A program made the position numbers and the translations under genes. From Candidatus Woesearchaeota archaeon (GTDB lineage: Archaea; Nanobdellota; Nanobdellia; Woesearchaeales; GW2011-AR4): a stretch of DNA of 64,000 nucleotides. Below the pieces are notes generated by a model. That model made no database searches, had not been told where the DNA came from, and was given only the letters and a program-made list of their open reading frames with translations. This document shows, in pieces, positions 1 to 9,029 of the stretch. How positions within the stretch are numbered: position 1 is the first letter of the stretch; every line of letters begins with the position of its first letter. The DNA is taken from NCBI GenBank assembly GCA_016181305.1, contig JACOZN010000012.1, forward strand, positions 965 through 64,964, read 5' to 3'.

Positions 1-904
1 CATCAATTTCAATCTCAAAATCATCAAAACCCTGTATTTTCACAATGCGCTCCAACAGCTTTTTCAGTATGCCTTTAGGCATGAACTGGGTTTCAAGTAT
101 TGCCTGCAGCGACTCGTTTCCAAGCCTGCTTGTCTTCAGCAGCCTGTTTATAACTCCTGGATTAAGCCTGTTGCCCCTTATGATTTCTGCAAGCTCTGCA
201 TCGCTTATCTGCCCTTTCTCGACAAGCTTTGGAAGATTCTGAAAGCCCCTGTCAAATCTTGAAGCGTTTGCGGATTTGTTGTGGTTAAAAATTGAGGTCT
301 GGTTTACTGAAAAGCTCACAAATTCAGAGTCCGACAGGTTGCCTGAAGTGGCGTTCACAATCAGGGAATGCTGCCCGTCTCGCAGCTTTACAGGCGATGA
401 AAACCAGGTGCAAAGGCTGCATGCTGTGTAATTCAGCCCGTCCAGCGAATATTTTATTGTGGCATTCATGCTTGTTGAGAAATTAAAACGCACTTTCCTG
501 CTGGTATAATTCTTTGGCTCAGGGCTGTGGATTGTCAGATTAAGCTCTTGGACTTGAAGCTGCTCGGTCTGGTTTGTCCCGTTTGTCAAGTTCTGCCCTA
601 TGGAGAATGAGATGCTGTCTGCAAAAGACTCGTTTCCAATGCTGCCAACAACTTCTATTGTATGGTTGCCAAAGCTGAGGTTCAGCACTTTATCAGCCTC
701 TGTGCAATTGCTGCACATTAAGATGGATGGGCTGCTGTCAACAGAATAAGTCATGTTATCAAGACTCTGGTTAGAGTTTATATCTAGCAGTATGCTGCTG
801 TTGAGGTATGTCTGCGCTAAAGGCGATATTATTTCCAAGGCAAAAGCTGAAACTGCCAATAATGCAAGTATCGCCAACCCGGCCAAAAATTTCTCAATCT
901 TCAT
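1..904 (-). CDS. secreted/cell-surface protein, 3' end cut by window edge (absent from ORF track)
   Basis: My own minus-strand translation from the ATG at 904 gives MKIEKFLAGLAILALLAVSAFALEIISPLAQTYLNSS... and stays open to position 1. A GGAGGTG motif lies 6 nt upstream. It has an N-terminal signal peptide and many N-x-S/T sequons. Confidence 0.55.
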   Translation of the reverse strand, partial: MKIEKFLAGLAILALLAVSAFALEIISPLAQTYLNSSILLDINSNQSLDNMTYSVDSSPSILMCSNCTEADKVLNLSFGNHTIEVVGSIGNESFADSISFSIGQNLTNGTNQTEQLQVQELNLTIHSPEPKNYTSRKVRFNFSTSMNATIKYSLDGLNYTACSLCTWFSSPVKLRDGQHSLIVNATSGNLSDSEFVSFSVNQTSIFNHNKSANASRFDRGFQNLPKLVEKGQISDAELAEIIRGNRLNPGVINRLLKTSRLGNESLQAILETQFMPKGILKKLLERIVKIQGFDDFEIEID

Positions 905-1050
905 CTGCAACACCTCCAATCCAGCTTATTTATCTTTTAGTCTTCATTCCTTGCTGCGGCAAAATACTATATGTATCTTTCCCGCATATTATGCATATTG
1001 TGCATATGGTTTATTCAGATGATATTTGAGATAGGTTGAAAACCACCCCG

Positions 1051-1365
1051 TCAATAAAATGCCTCAAACAGGCCGGAAATTCCGAGCTCCTTGCATGCTA
1101 TGGCAAAATTGTTTGCTATATTCATTTCATCTTCCGGAAATTTCCTCTCGGCTGTCACCAAAATGCTGTTTGGGATTCCAAGCGCGTCGTCATATGCAAT
1201 CTCAATCCTGAAGCCCTTTTCATTCAATCTTTTTGACAAACCGGCAATCAGGGCTGCTACCTCAAAAACTCTCCGGGGGGAATCGCTGTAATTATCCACC
1301 ACAACATCCATGTCAATGCCGAACTCTTGCCTGGCCAATTGCTGCTGCATTAGCTCTGTGCTCAT
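1051..1365 (-). CDS. hypothetical small protein
   Basis: The ORF track gives 1051..1374. I prefer the ATG at 1365 (MSTELMQQQ...) because GAGGTGG sits 5 nt upstream of it. No recognisable motif. Confidence 0.5.
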   Translation of the reverse strand: MSTELMQQQLARQEFGIDMDVVVDNYSDSPRRVFEVAALIAGLSKRLNEKGFRIEIAYDDALGIPNSILVTAERKFPEDEMNIANNFAIACKELGISGLFEAFY

Positions 1366-1498
1366 TTTTACCACCTCATTTTTGCAGTTTTACTCAAAAG
1401 TTGTTGACTTATAAATAATCTGTGAAGCTTTGTTAGGGGCTTGGGTTATGGTACTGAGTTTCACAAATTTTATAAAGGGCATTTAAAGATGCATTCCT

Positions 1499-2203
1499 AT
1501 GGTGGTGGCAGTCCCGAGCTGGTTTTTTGGGGAGGATGTACTGATAGATGCCATAAGCATATTCGTTCTTGCCCTGATAGCATATTTTAACATTAAATAT
1601 TACAAAATCAAAAAAAACAAGAAAAGCCTTAATTTGACTGTGGCGTTTATTTTGCTGGCTATTTCTTTCACCCTAAATATATTCATCAATTCAGGTGTGC
1701 ATTACAACATAATGCAGATGAGCACCCTGGGCTATGGGAAGCTGGCGCTTGAAGACATTGGCTCGAATAGCTCTATTGTCTTCATCACTTACTTTTTGTA
1801 CCGCGCAGTAACCCTCATAGGGCTTTGCTTTTTTTACTCAATCTATGAGAAACAGTCAAAATCAAACATTTTTTTGCTTAGCTTTCTCATAATCTCGTTG
1901 CTGTATTTCAGCAATTCTTCCTATGTAATGTTCCACCTTGGTTATTTTGTCATACTGATGCTGGTAACACTGCAATCAATTAGGGGGTACGGGGTTAAGA
2001 AGTATCCTGCAACCAGGCTGCTGGTTTTTAGCTTGGGAACCATTACTATAAGCCAGTTTTCGCTGCTTTTTGCGGCTTTGGATGAAAAAATTTATGTAGC
2101 AGGAGAGCTGATACAGCTTGTCGGATACGTAGCTTTGCTGATAACCTTCATTGCGGTGCTTATTTATGGCAGAAAAAAGGACCAAAATAGATATTATTGG
2201 TGA
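1499..2203 (+). CDS. polytopic membrane protein, unknown function
   Basis: 234 aa ORF with about 7 hydrophobic segments. Confidence 0.6.
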   Translation: MVVAVPSWFFGEDVLIDAISIFVLALIAYFNIKYYKIKKNKKSLNLTVAFILLAISFTLNIFINSGVHYNIMQMSTLGYGKLALEDIGSNSSIVFITYFLYRAVTLIGLCFFYSIYEKQSKSNIFLLSFLIISLLYFSNSSYVMFHLGYFVILMLVTLQSIRGYGVKKYPATRLLVFSLGTITISQFSLLFAALDEKIYVAGELIQLVGYVALLITFIAVLIYGRKKDQNRYYW

Positions 2204-2438
2204 TATGCTGATGTCCGTCATTGACAAAGGAGGGCATATTAAGCCAACCCACCTGATGTACAAGTCCAACCTTTCCCACAGGCAGATGAAAGTTTACCTT
2301 GAAGAATTGCTGCAAAGGGAATTCGTCAAAAGGACGAAAAACAAGGACAGGGACTATGTGACAATTACTGAAAAAGGGCATGATTTTGCCAACAAGCTCC
2401 GGGAGATAAAGGAATTCGAGAGGGTGTTTGGGTTTTAA
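2166..2438 (+). CDS. winged helix-turn-helix DNA-binding protein (archaeal small wHTH type)
   Basis: MAEKRTKIDIIGDMLMSV...HLMYKSNLSHRQMKVYLEELLQREFV...ITEKGHDFANKL follows the pattern of small archaeal wHTH regulators. I chose the internal ATG at 2166. It overlaps the upstream gene's end. Confidence 0.65.
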   Translation: MAEKRTKIDIIGDMLMSVIDKGGHIKPTHLMYKSNLSHRQMKVYLEELLQREFVKRTKNKDRDYVTITEKGHDFANKLREIKEFERVFGF

Positions 2439-2453
2439 TATAATTGGGGGATA

Positions 2454-3728
2454 TCACAAAAACTCCCCCAATCCTTTCTGCTCAACCTTTGCCTTTATCT
2501 TTTCCTTCCCTTTATTATATTTTTCCAGATCCTTCTCCTCAAAAATCGGCACTCCGTAAACCCCGTCATAGCCGGGCTTGAAAGGGATTTTCTGGTTTCT
2601 GTTTCTTATGATGTTTTCAGCAATTTTTTCTGATGTTATTTTTTTCAATTTGTTTTCATCGGCATTTAACACAACTTCAAACTCGTTTCCAAATGCATTC
2701 GTTAATTTATAATATTCTTCCCAGACTTTTTTTGACTCGACTTTTTCCACGATAGTGCCGCCAATCACTTCTGACAAAGGAATCAGGTTCCTGAAAGAAA
2801 CTGCGTCTTTTGGCATAAATCCTTCTTCCCTGTCTGCAAGCTCCTCAACTCTCTGTGCAACCCCGACAGTCAATGGCTTTCTGCATTTGGGGCAGATGTT
2901 TTTCAGTTTAATTGATTCTCTTGGCGACAAAACAACATTGCAGTTCCTGTGCCCGGTGTAATGATATTTTCCCTCATGAGGCCACATTTCAATTGTCTCG
3001 ACAAACCCTTTTCTTTTCCTGACTGCGCCAAGCAATGCGTCATAGCTTAAGCCAATGTCAAAAATATTTGCCTCCCTTCCAAGCCGCCATGGCCAGAATG
3101 AATGTGCGTCAGAGCTGCTCAATAAGGTATATTTGTCAAGCCTTGAAAGCCGCCAGTTCATTGCAGGGTCTGAAGAAAGCCCTGTCTCAATCGCATGAAT
3201 GTGCTTTGACTGCTCCTTGAAGCACTCTTCTACAGAATCAAACCCCGACATCGAGCCGAATATCCCGTACCATGGAGTCCATGCATGCGCAGGTATTATT
3301 TCAATATCATCGTCAATTTCTTTCATCATGTCAACCAATTCAATGCATGAAAAGCCGAAAATCGGCCTGCCGTCATAATCCAGCCTGCCTTTTTTCAGCA
3401 GCGCTTTGTTTATCTGCTCAACAATATCAAAATTTCTTGCCAAAAGCAAAGTGTGTATTCTTCTTGCCTTTCCATCCTGAGTGTAAATGTTTGAAATCTC
3501 ACCCTGAAGGACAAAATTGAATCCTAATCTTGAAGTCAATATTCCAGAACCATCTTCTTTCAACTCACTTTTCAATTCAGCAAGCCATTTTGGATGCGTA
3601 AAATCTCCTGTCCCGAGAAGGTTTATTCCTTTCAATCTTGCATATTTTTCAAGATTCTGTATTGTGATGGCAGAGCTTGTGGCTCTTGAAAAGCGTGAAT
3701 GGATTTGTAAGTCTGCGATGAGGTTCAT
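2454..3728 (-). CDS. endoQ: endonuclease Q (PHP-domain, TIGR00375-type)
   Basis: Motifs: N-terminal DLQIHSRFSRA PHP motif, GTGDFTHP, PAHAWTPW, SSDAHSFWPWRLGRE, GKYHYTGHRNC, Zn-finger CPKCRKPLTVGV, C-terminal GYDGVYG. Confidence 0.8.
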   Translation of the reverse strand: MNLIADLQIHSRFSRATSSAITIQNLEKYARLKGINLLGTGDFTHPKWLAELKSELKEDGSGILTSRLGFNFVLQGEISNIYTQDGKARRIHTLLLARNFDIVEQINKALLKKGRLDYDGRPIFGFSCIELVDMMKEIDDDIEIIPAHAWTPWYGIFGSMSGFDSVEECFKEQSKHIHAIETGLSSDPAMNWRLSRLDKYTLLSSSDAHSFWPWRLGREANIFDIGLSYDALLGAVRKRKGFVETIEMWPHEGKYHYTGHRNCNVVLSPRESIKLKNICPKCRKPLTVGVAQRVEELADREEGFMPKDAVSFRNLIPLSEVIGGTIVEKVESKKVWEEYYKLTNAFGNEFEVVLNADENKLKKITSEKIAENIIRNRNQKIPFKPGYDGVYGVPIFEEKDLEKYNKGKEKIKAKVEQKGLGEFL

Positions 3729-3772
3729 AATAAGTGGGGTTTATTTGTTTTATTTAAACTTTTATAACAACA

Positions 3773-3780
3773 TTTAAATA
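3773..3780 (+). promoter_or_regulatory. TATA box (TTTAAATA) for 3803 gene
   Basis: TTTAAATA ends 22 nt before the ATG. The same octamer recurs upstream of several genes in the window. Confidence 0.45.
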
Positions 3781-3802
3781 ACCCCTTTCAAATATTTCAA
3801 TC

Positions 3803-4468
3803 ATGGCAAACAACGACATTCTGTCAGAGTTCAGCCCAAGCGATATTGCCCATTTCAAAAAAGACTTCATGCAGATGATTAAGGTAGGCGCTGAAATCGA
3901 CAGGTACTATGGAGAGGCGCAGCATGACTTGGATACCTTAATCCCGAAATATGAAAAATTGATTGAGCAGTTCAACAAAAAGTACAAAGGGATAAAAATC
4001 AAAGCCAAGAAAACGACAGAGTATTTTAAAGTAAGTGTTCTTGTAAGGGAAAAGAATGTCAAGGACTTTTTTGCCAATTCCGCATCGAGGATTTCGGGCC
4101 TGAAGGCAATCGGAAGAACCAGTTTCAACCAGGTTGACATCAGCGATGCAGAAAAATTTGCAAGGTTTCTTGACTCATTGCTGGGCAGGATTTACATATC
4201 GTACATAGAGCCTGAAAGCGGCACGAGCACAATCGCGGCTGTGGTTGACTCAAGGGAAAAGATGATTGAGATTGTTTACAATCCGGCAGAGATTATGAAC
4301 GAGAATTCCGCAGGCTTCAGGATATGCGCATTCTACGCATTGAAAGGCGGATTCAGCAGGAAAATCGAGATTTACGGCAGCGCATCGACATTCGGATTTT
4401 CAAATTTGCTTGATGAGATAGAGAAAAGGGAGTGGTATGACAGATTCAACCCGAGGTTTTTGGAGTGA
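3803..4468 (+). CDS. hypothetical protein
   Basis: 221 aa ORF with a TATA box upstream. No motif recognised. Confidence 0.5.
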   Translation: MANNDILSEFSPSDIAHFKKDFMQMIKVGAEIDRYYGEAQHDLDTLIPKYEKLIEQFNKKYKGIKIKAKKTTEYFKVSVLVREKNVKDFFANSASRISGLKAIGRTSFNQVDISDAEKFARFLDSLLGRIYISYIEPESGTSTIAAVVDSREKMIEIVYNPAEIMNENSAGFRICAFYALKGGFSRKIEIYGSASTFGFSNLLDEIEKREWYDRFNPRFLE

Positions 4469-4519
4469 CCAAACCCGCAATAAGTTTTTAAATATAAGTT
4501 GATTCTAGGCAAAAATAAA

Positions 4520-4861
4520 ATGGAAAAGTCACTTGGCGAAAGGCTCACAGAATATGTTGTAGAAGGCGCTGAAAAATTTAAAGTGGTATTAGGGCAGCTT
4601 AAAGGCAAAGTCAATGACACCCATTACGCCAGAATGGAAGATATTTATGGCGCATTAAAAAATGGCATACCGGATATCCTGAAAAATGGTGGCATATACC
4701 GCCAAATTACACAAAAGGTCATATGGAATGATGCAGATTTGATACGTATGCTTGCTGAAAAATTATATCAAGATAGAGGGGCGTATGATATTTTATTAAC
4801 AGCAAAAGGTGTGCTTGAGGAAATTGTAAACATGATGATAAAAGCAAGCCCTAAAAACTGA
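4520..4861 (+). CDS. hypothetical protein
   Basis: The ORF track starts at a TTG (4499). I prefer the first ATG at 4520 (MEKSLGERL...). No motif recognised. Confidence 0.4.
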   Translation: MEKSLGERLTEYVVEGAEKFKVVLGQLKGKVNDTHYARMEDIYGALKNGIPDILKNGGIYRQITQKVIWNDADLIRMLAEKLYQDRGAYDILLTAKGVLEEIVNMMIKASPKN

Positions 4862-4864
4862 TGT

Positions 4865-6214
4865 TTACCCGCCCATCGGCAGCCTTCCCCCGAACTTCTT
4901 CATGAACTTTGACATGTCGCCCTTGCTGCCCTTGAACATCTTTACCATTTTTTTTGACTGCCTGTACTGCTTCAGCAATTCCCTGACCTCGCTCGCCGGA
5001 ATTCCCGAGCCTCTTGAGATCCGCTCAATCCTGCCCGAGTCCACAATTTCGGGGTCTTCCAGTTCTTCTTTGGTAAAGCTGTTCATCGCAACTTTCCACT
5101 TTTTGAGCTTGCCTTCCTGCACTTGAAGCATCTCTTTTGGCAGCTTTAATGAAGAAAAGCCAGGTATCATCTCGACAATCTGCGACAAAGGGCCCATTTT
5201 TGACATCGCTTCCATCTGCTCGTACAAGTCAATAAGATTAAATTCGCCTTTCAGGAATCTTTTGCCCAAATCCTCCGCATCTTCAGCCTTTATCACATCC
5301 TTGGCTTTTTCTAGCAATGCTTCCAAGTCTCCCATGCCGAGCATTCTGCCAACAAAGCCTGCTGGATTAAAATGCTCCAAGTCATCAATCTTTTCCCCGA
5401 CACCTATGAATTTTATTGGCGCGCCTGATACAGAGCATGCAGTCAAGGCTCCCCCGCCTTTTGCAGTGCCGTCCATTTTCGAGACAACAACTCCTGTTAT
5501 GCCGCAGCTCTTGTGGAACTGCTCTGCCTGCTTCTGGGCTGCCTGCCCTATGTCAGCAGAAATAACCAAAAGATTTTCATCTGGCTCGGCTCTTTTATTT
5601 ACTTCCTCGATTTCAGCAATCAAGTCATGCGATAAAGCGTCCCTTCCGGAAGTGTCTATGATTAAAACATCAAAATCATTCAGTTCATTTTTTACATTTT
5701 CCCATATCTCAACAGCGTCTTTTGTTTTCCTGTCGGAGAATACTTTTACATTTGCTTGCTTCCCAACCTGCTCAATCTGCTCCATTGCAGCTGGCCTATG
5801 CACATCCAAGCCGACAAGAGCAGCCTTTAAGCCTCTTTTTGAGAAGTACTTCGCAAGCTTTCCAGCAGTTGTTGTTTTTCCCGAGCCGAACAGGCCGACA
5901 AGCATGATTTTGAAGGGCTTTTGCTTAACCTCAATTTTATGCTGCTCTTTCCCGAGAAAATTAACCAATTCTTCATAGACAATGTTGATTAGCTGCTCTT
6001 TTTTTGTCAGCCCTTTCGGAGATTCCTCTCCAAGAGCCCTTTTCTTTATCTTTTCAGTCAGGTCAAACACGAGTTTTACATTGACATCTGCCTGCAATAA
6101 GGCCCTTTGTATATCTTTGATTAGCTCATTGATTAGCTTCTCGTCTACGAACAATGATTTGGCTATCTTTTGCAAAGTGTTTTTCAATGAATCGCTTAAT
6201 CTTTCCAGCACCAT
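4865..6214 (-). CDS. srp54: signal recognition particle protein SRP54
   Basis: GLFGSGKTTTAGKLA P-loop, DTSGR, and a Met-rich M-domain (MEAMSKMGPLSQIVEMIPG) with a basic C-terminus. Confidence 0.95.
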   Translation of the reverse strand: MVLERLSDSLKNTLQKIAKSLFVDEKLINELIKDIQRALLQADVNVKLVFDLTEKIKKRALGEESPKGLTKKEQLINIVYEELVNFLGKEQHKIEVKQKPFKIMLVGLFGSGKTTTAGKLAKYFSKRGLKAALVGLDVHRPAAMEQIEQVGKQANVKVFSDRKTKDAVEIWENVKNELNDFDVLIIDTSGRDALSHDLIAEIEEVNKRAEPDENLLVISADIGQAAQKQAEQFHKSCGITGVVVSKMDGTAKGGGALTACSVSGAPIKFIGVGEKIDDLEHFNPAGFVGRMLGMGDLEALLEKAKDVIKAEDAEDLGKRFLKGEFNLIDLYEQMEAMSKMGPLSQIVEMIPGFSSLKLPKEMLQVQEGKLKKWKVAMNSFTKEELEDPEIVDSGRIERISRGSGIPASEVRELLKQYRQSKKMVKMFKGSKGDMSKFMKKFGGRLPMGG

Positions 6215-6250
6215 AGTAATCAGGATAAGAAAATGGTTTATAAAGATTGC

Positions 6251-7117
6251 TTATCCAAAATTCTCCATCCCGTTGCCGGTGTTAACGGCAACAACCACAT
6301 CAGAAGGCTTGAAATTATGCCTTTGCAGTGCAACAAAAGCTGCTGCTGCGCTGGGCTCCATATTTACTCCTGTTTTGCATTTCTGATAAGCGTTGTTTAT
6401 CTCTGTTTCGCTTGCTTTTATTATTTCATATTTTTGAGGATTTCCGTGTTTAAGTATCACTTCCATTATCGGGCGGTATTTTGCATAAAGCATTGCTGCT
6501 ATTGTGCTCCTGAAATCAGTTGTCACTCCGATTATCTTTGTGTTGGAAAGATGGTAATACCTCAATGCAGCAGCAAAAAGCTCTCCGCTTCCAATCGGCA
6601 ATGCAATATAGTCCGGCTTTTTGCCGTTTTTGTCAAGTTCCCTCTTTATTTCCGTGAAAATGTCCAGATAGGCATCGTCATAGAAATTTGTTGCATTTAT
6701 CCCTTTGCCTTCAAATCCCAATGTGGCTGCAATGCTCTTCATTCTTTCAGTTGTAAGTTCGCCCGACTCCAAATCAGCAGGAATGACTTTTGCTTTTTCC
6801 CCCAATCTGCTTGCAATTGCAGGATTTATGTTTTCAGGAACATAAAGCAAGGTCTGCACACCAACAGAATCCAAAAAATTCGACAGTGAATAGCCGTAAT
6901 TCCCTGAGGTTATAGCCATGACATAATCAATTCCGGCATCATAGGCATATTGCGCCACATCTTTTGCTTTCCTGCCCTTGAAAGTGCCAAAAGTATTCCT
7001 GCTTTCATCCTTAACCAGTATTGACTCTAATCCAAGCTCACTTCCATCAAGCTCTACTAAAGGAGTTTTGCCAACCTTGAATTTGCTTAGAGCTTCCACT
7101 AAGTCATGCTTTTTCAT
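6251..7117 (-). CDS. PLP-dependent enzyme, fold type II (Trp-synthase beta/threonine dehydratase-like family)
   Basis: KTPLVEL...NTFGTFKGRKA resembles the Lys-containing PLP motif, followed by ITSGNYGYS and GSGELF loops. At 288 aa the exact activity cannot be determined. Confidence 0.65.
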   Translation of the reverse strand: MKKHDLVEALSKFKVGKTPLVELDGSELGLESILVKDESRNTFGTFKGRKAKDVAQYAYDAGIDYVMAITSGNYGYSLSNFLDSVGVQTLLYVPENINPAIASRLGEKAKVIPADLESGELTTERMKSIAATLGFEGKGINATNFYDDAYLDIFTEIKRELDKNGKKPDYIALPIGSGELFAAALRYYHLSNTKIIGVTTDFRSTIAAMLYAKYRPIMEVILKHGNPQKYEIIKASETEINNAYQKCKTGVNMEPSAAAAFVALQRHNFKPSDVVVAVNTGNGMENFG

Positions 7118-7331
7118 TTTTAGATTTGATAATTACAATTCCAACGTAAATTTATTACTTAACAATAGTGTCTTGATAAATATATAAACTTTGCTATCAT
7201 TTTTTTTAATTTTAACTAGAATATTGTCTAAATTTACATTTTTATTAAAATTTTTATATGATAATTTTATTAGTTATTTATTTTTTAATAAAACAGAAAG
7301 ATTTATATAAAAATACGTATTTATTAAAAAT

Positions 7332-8300
7332 ATGGAGCAGGATTTAAAAATAGACGCTTATGACAGAAAGCTTTTGTATGAGCTTGACAAGAACTCAAAA
7401 ATTCCTTTGCAGGAGCTTTCAGCCAAGCTGAGGAAGTCAAAGCAGTTTATATTGTACCGCATGAAGCAATTGGAAGAATCCAACATCATAACAGGCTACA
7501 ATGCGATTGTTGACATGTCAAAGCTCGGATTCTTCACTTTCAGGGTTTACTTCAAGTTCCAGCAGACAACAGAAGATGATGGCAAAAAATTTATTGATTA
7601 TGTCAGGGGCAACTTAAAGCAGGTTTGGACAATAACTGACATGCACGGCAAATGGGATTATGCACTGTTTCTTGGCGTAAGGGCAATTTCAGAGTTCCAC
7701 ACAATCTGGGACGGGATAATGCTTGAATACAAGCCAAAGATCAAGACTTACAACGTCGCTGTTTATGCGCCTGTCTACAATTTCAACAGGAAATTCTTTA
7801 TTGACAATCCGCAGGATGCCATTGAAAGGGTTTACGGCGCAGGCGAGAAAGAGGACATTGATGATTTGGACTGGAGAATAATAGAAACATACTCAAATAA
7901 TGTAAGGCAGTCATCTCTTGAGATAGCAAGAAAGCTTGGTGTATCCTCTGATACAATAAGGGCAAGGATAAAAAAGCTCGAGGAAAAGAAAGTAATAACA
8001 GGCTACAAGATCGGTCTGAATCTTGAGCCCCTTGGCTTTGTTTCTTACAGGGTTGATCTGCAATTGCTATCAACTAAAAGAAACAGGGAAATCTTTGAGT
8101 TCTGCAAGAGGCACAAAAACATCTACCAGATAAACAAGTCAATCGGGGGGGCGGATTTTGAAATCGAGGTTATTATAAAGGACCTGGGCCATCTGCTGGA
8201 TTTGATAGACGAAATAAAAACTAAATTCAAAAATGTTGTCAATGATGTTGATTACTTCGGCTTTTCTACTTTCCATATTCTGCAGTACATCCCTGACTGA
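7332..8300 (+). CDS. Lrp/AsnC-family transcriptional regulator, duplicated module
   Basis: There are two HTH_AsnC-like segments (DAYDRKLLYELDKNSKIPLQELSAKL... and DDLDWRIIETYSNNVRQSSLEIARKLGVSSDTIRARIKKLEE), each followed by an effector-domain-like region. Confidence 0.8.
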   Translation: MEQDLKIDAYDRKLLYELDKNSKIPLQELSAKLRKSKQFILYRMKQLEESNIITGYNAIVDMSKLGFFTFRVYFKFQQTTEDDGKKFIDYVRGNLKQVWTITDMHGKWDYALFLGVRAISEFHTIWDGIMLEYKPKIKTYNVAVYAPVYNFNRKFFIDNPQDAIERVYGAGEKEDIDDLDWRIIETYSNNVRQSSLEIARKLGVSSDTIRARIKKLEEKKVITGYKIGLNLEPLGFVSYRVDLQLLSTKRNREIFEFCKRHKNIYQINKSIGGADFEIEVIIKDLGHLLDLIDEIKTKFKNVVNDVDYFGFSTFHILQYIPD

Positions 8301-8362
8301 TAGCTTCCAACACATTCAAACCTATCAAAAGGTATTTAAAAGAGATTAATACACTATTTGCT

Positions 8363-8968
8363 ATGCCATCCAAAAACTTCCTATTGCTGTCTATGGAAGA
8401 TGACAAGATTAAGAAAGTGTCGAATGTAATAAGCAACGACTCCTGCAGGAAGATTCTGGACTATTTGTCAGGCAAAGACGCGACAGAATCCGAGCTTGCA
8501 AAAACACTTCAGCTGCCTATATCAACGGTAAGCTATAACCTCAAGCAATTGATGGAAACAGGCTTGATTGAGTCAAAAGAATTCCACTACAGCGAGAAAG
8601 GCAAGGAAGTAAATCATTTCAGATTAGCAAACAAGTATATTATAATAGCTCCAAAAAAGACTTTCGGCATAAAGGAAAAATTAAAGGGCATCCTGCCAGT
8701 TGCATTGATTGCGTCAGGAGCAGCTTTTATTGTGCAGTTAATGAACAGGTATCTTTCGAAAACAATCGAGGCTCCGCAGCAGATGATGGCTGCAAAATCA
8801 GCTATGGCTGAAAGGGCAGCAGACTCCGGAGTTGCGTTTATGGAAGCAACAGAGCCGGCAACAGTACCAATCCTGTCCCAGAACATCGCATTGTGGTTTT
8901 TCGCAGGCGCCATATTCGCATTGCTTGTATATTTGATGATAAGTTTATTTAGGAAGAGGTTTGATTGA
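8363..8968 (+). CDS. ArsR-type HTH protein with C-terminal membrane segments
   Basis: SNDSCRKILDYLSGKDATESELAKTLQLPISTVSYNLKQLMETGLIE is an ArsR-like wHTH. Two hydrophobic segments lie near the C-terminus. Confidence 0.7.
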   Translation: MPSKNFLLLSMEDDKIKKVSNVISNDSCRKILDYLSGKDATESELAKTLQLPISTVSYNLKQLMETGLIESKEFHYSEKGKEVNHFRLANKYIIIAPKKTFGIKEKLKGILPVALIASGAAFIVQLMNRYLSKTIEAPQQMMAAKSAMAERAADSGVAFMEATEPATVPILSQNIALWFFAGAIFALLVYLMISLFRKRFD

Positions 8969-9029
8969 TAACTTCAACTCCATTTGAAGCTATCGCTGGG
9001 TATTTATATATGGGCACCTTACCGGCAGA

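Noticed and set aside
5262-6889. Long antisense ORFs (5262..5978 at 238 aa, 5982..6386, 6233..6889 at 218 aa) opposite srp54 and the PLP enzyme gene.
   Set aside because: These are shadow ORFs opposite genes with unambiguous motifs. Their products are Ser/Cys/Phe-rich low-complexity sequence. The same reasoning applies to the many 60-200 aa ORFs antisense to the giant genes (for example 21583..22017, 25894..26316, 31390..31908, 32351..32908, 36466..37068, 37528..37977, 41716..42226, 43861..44334).
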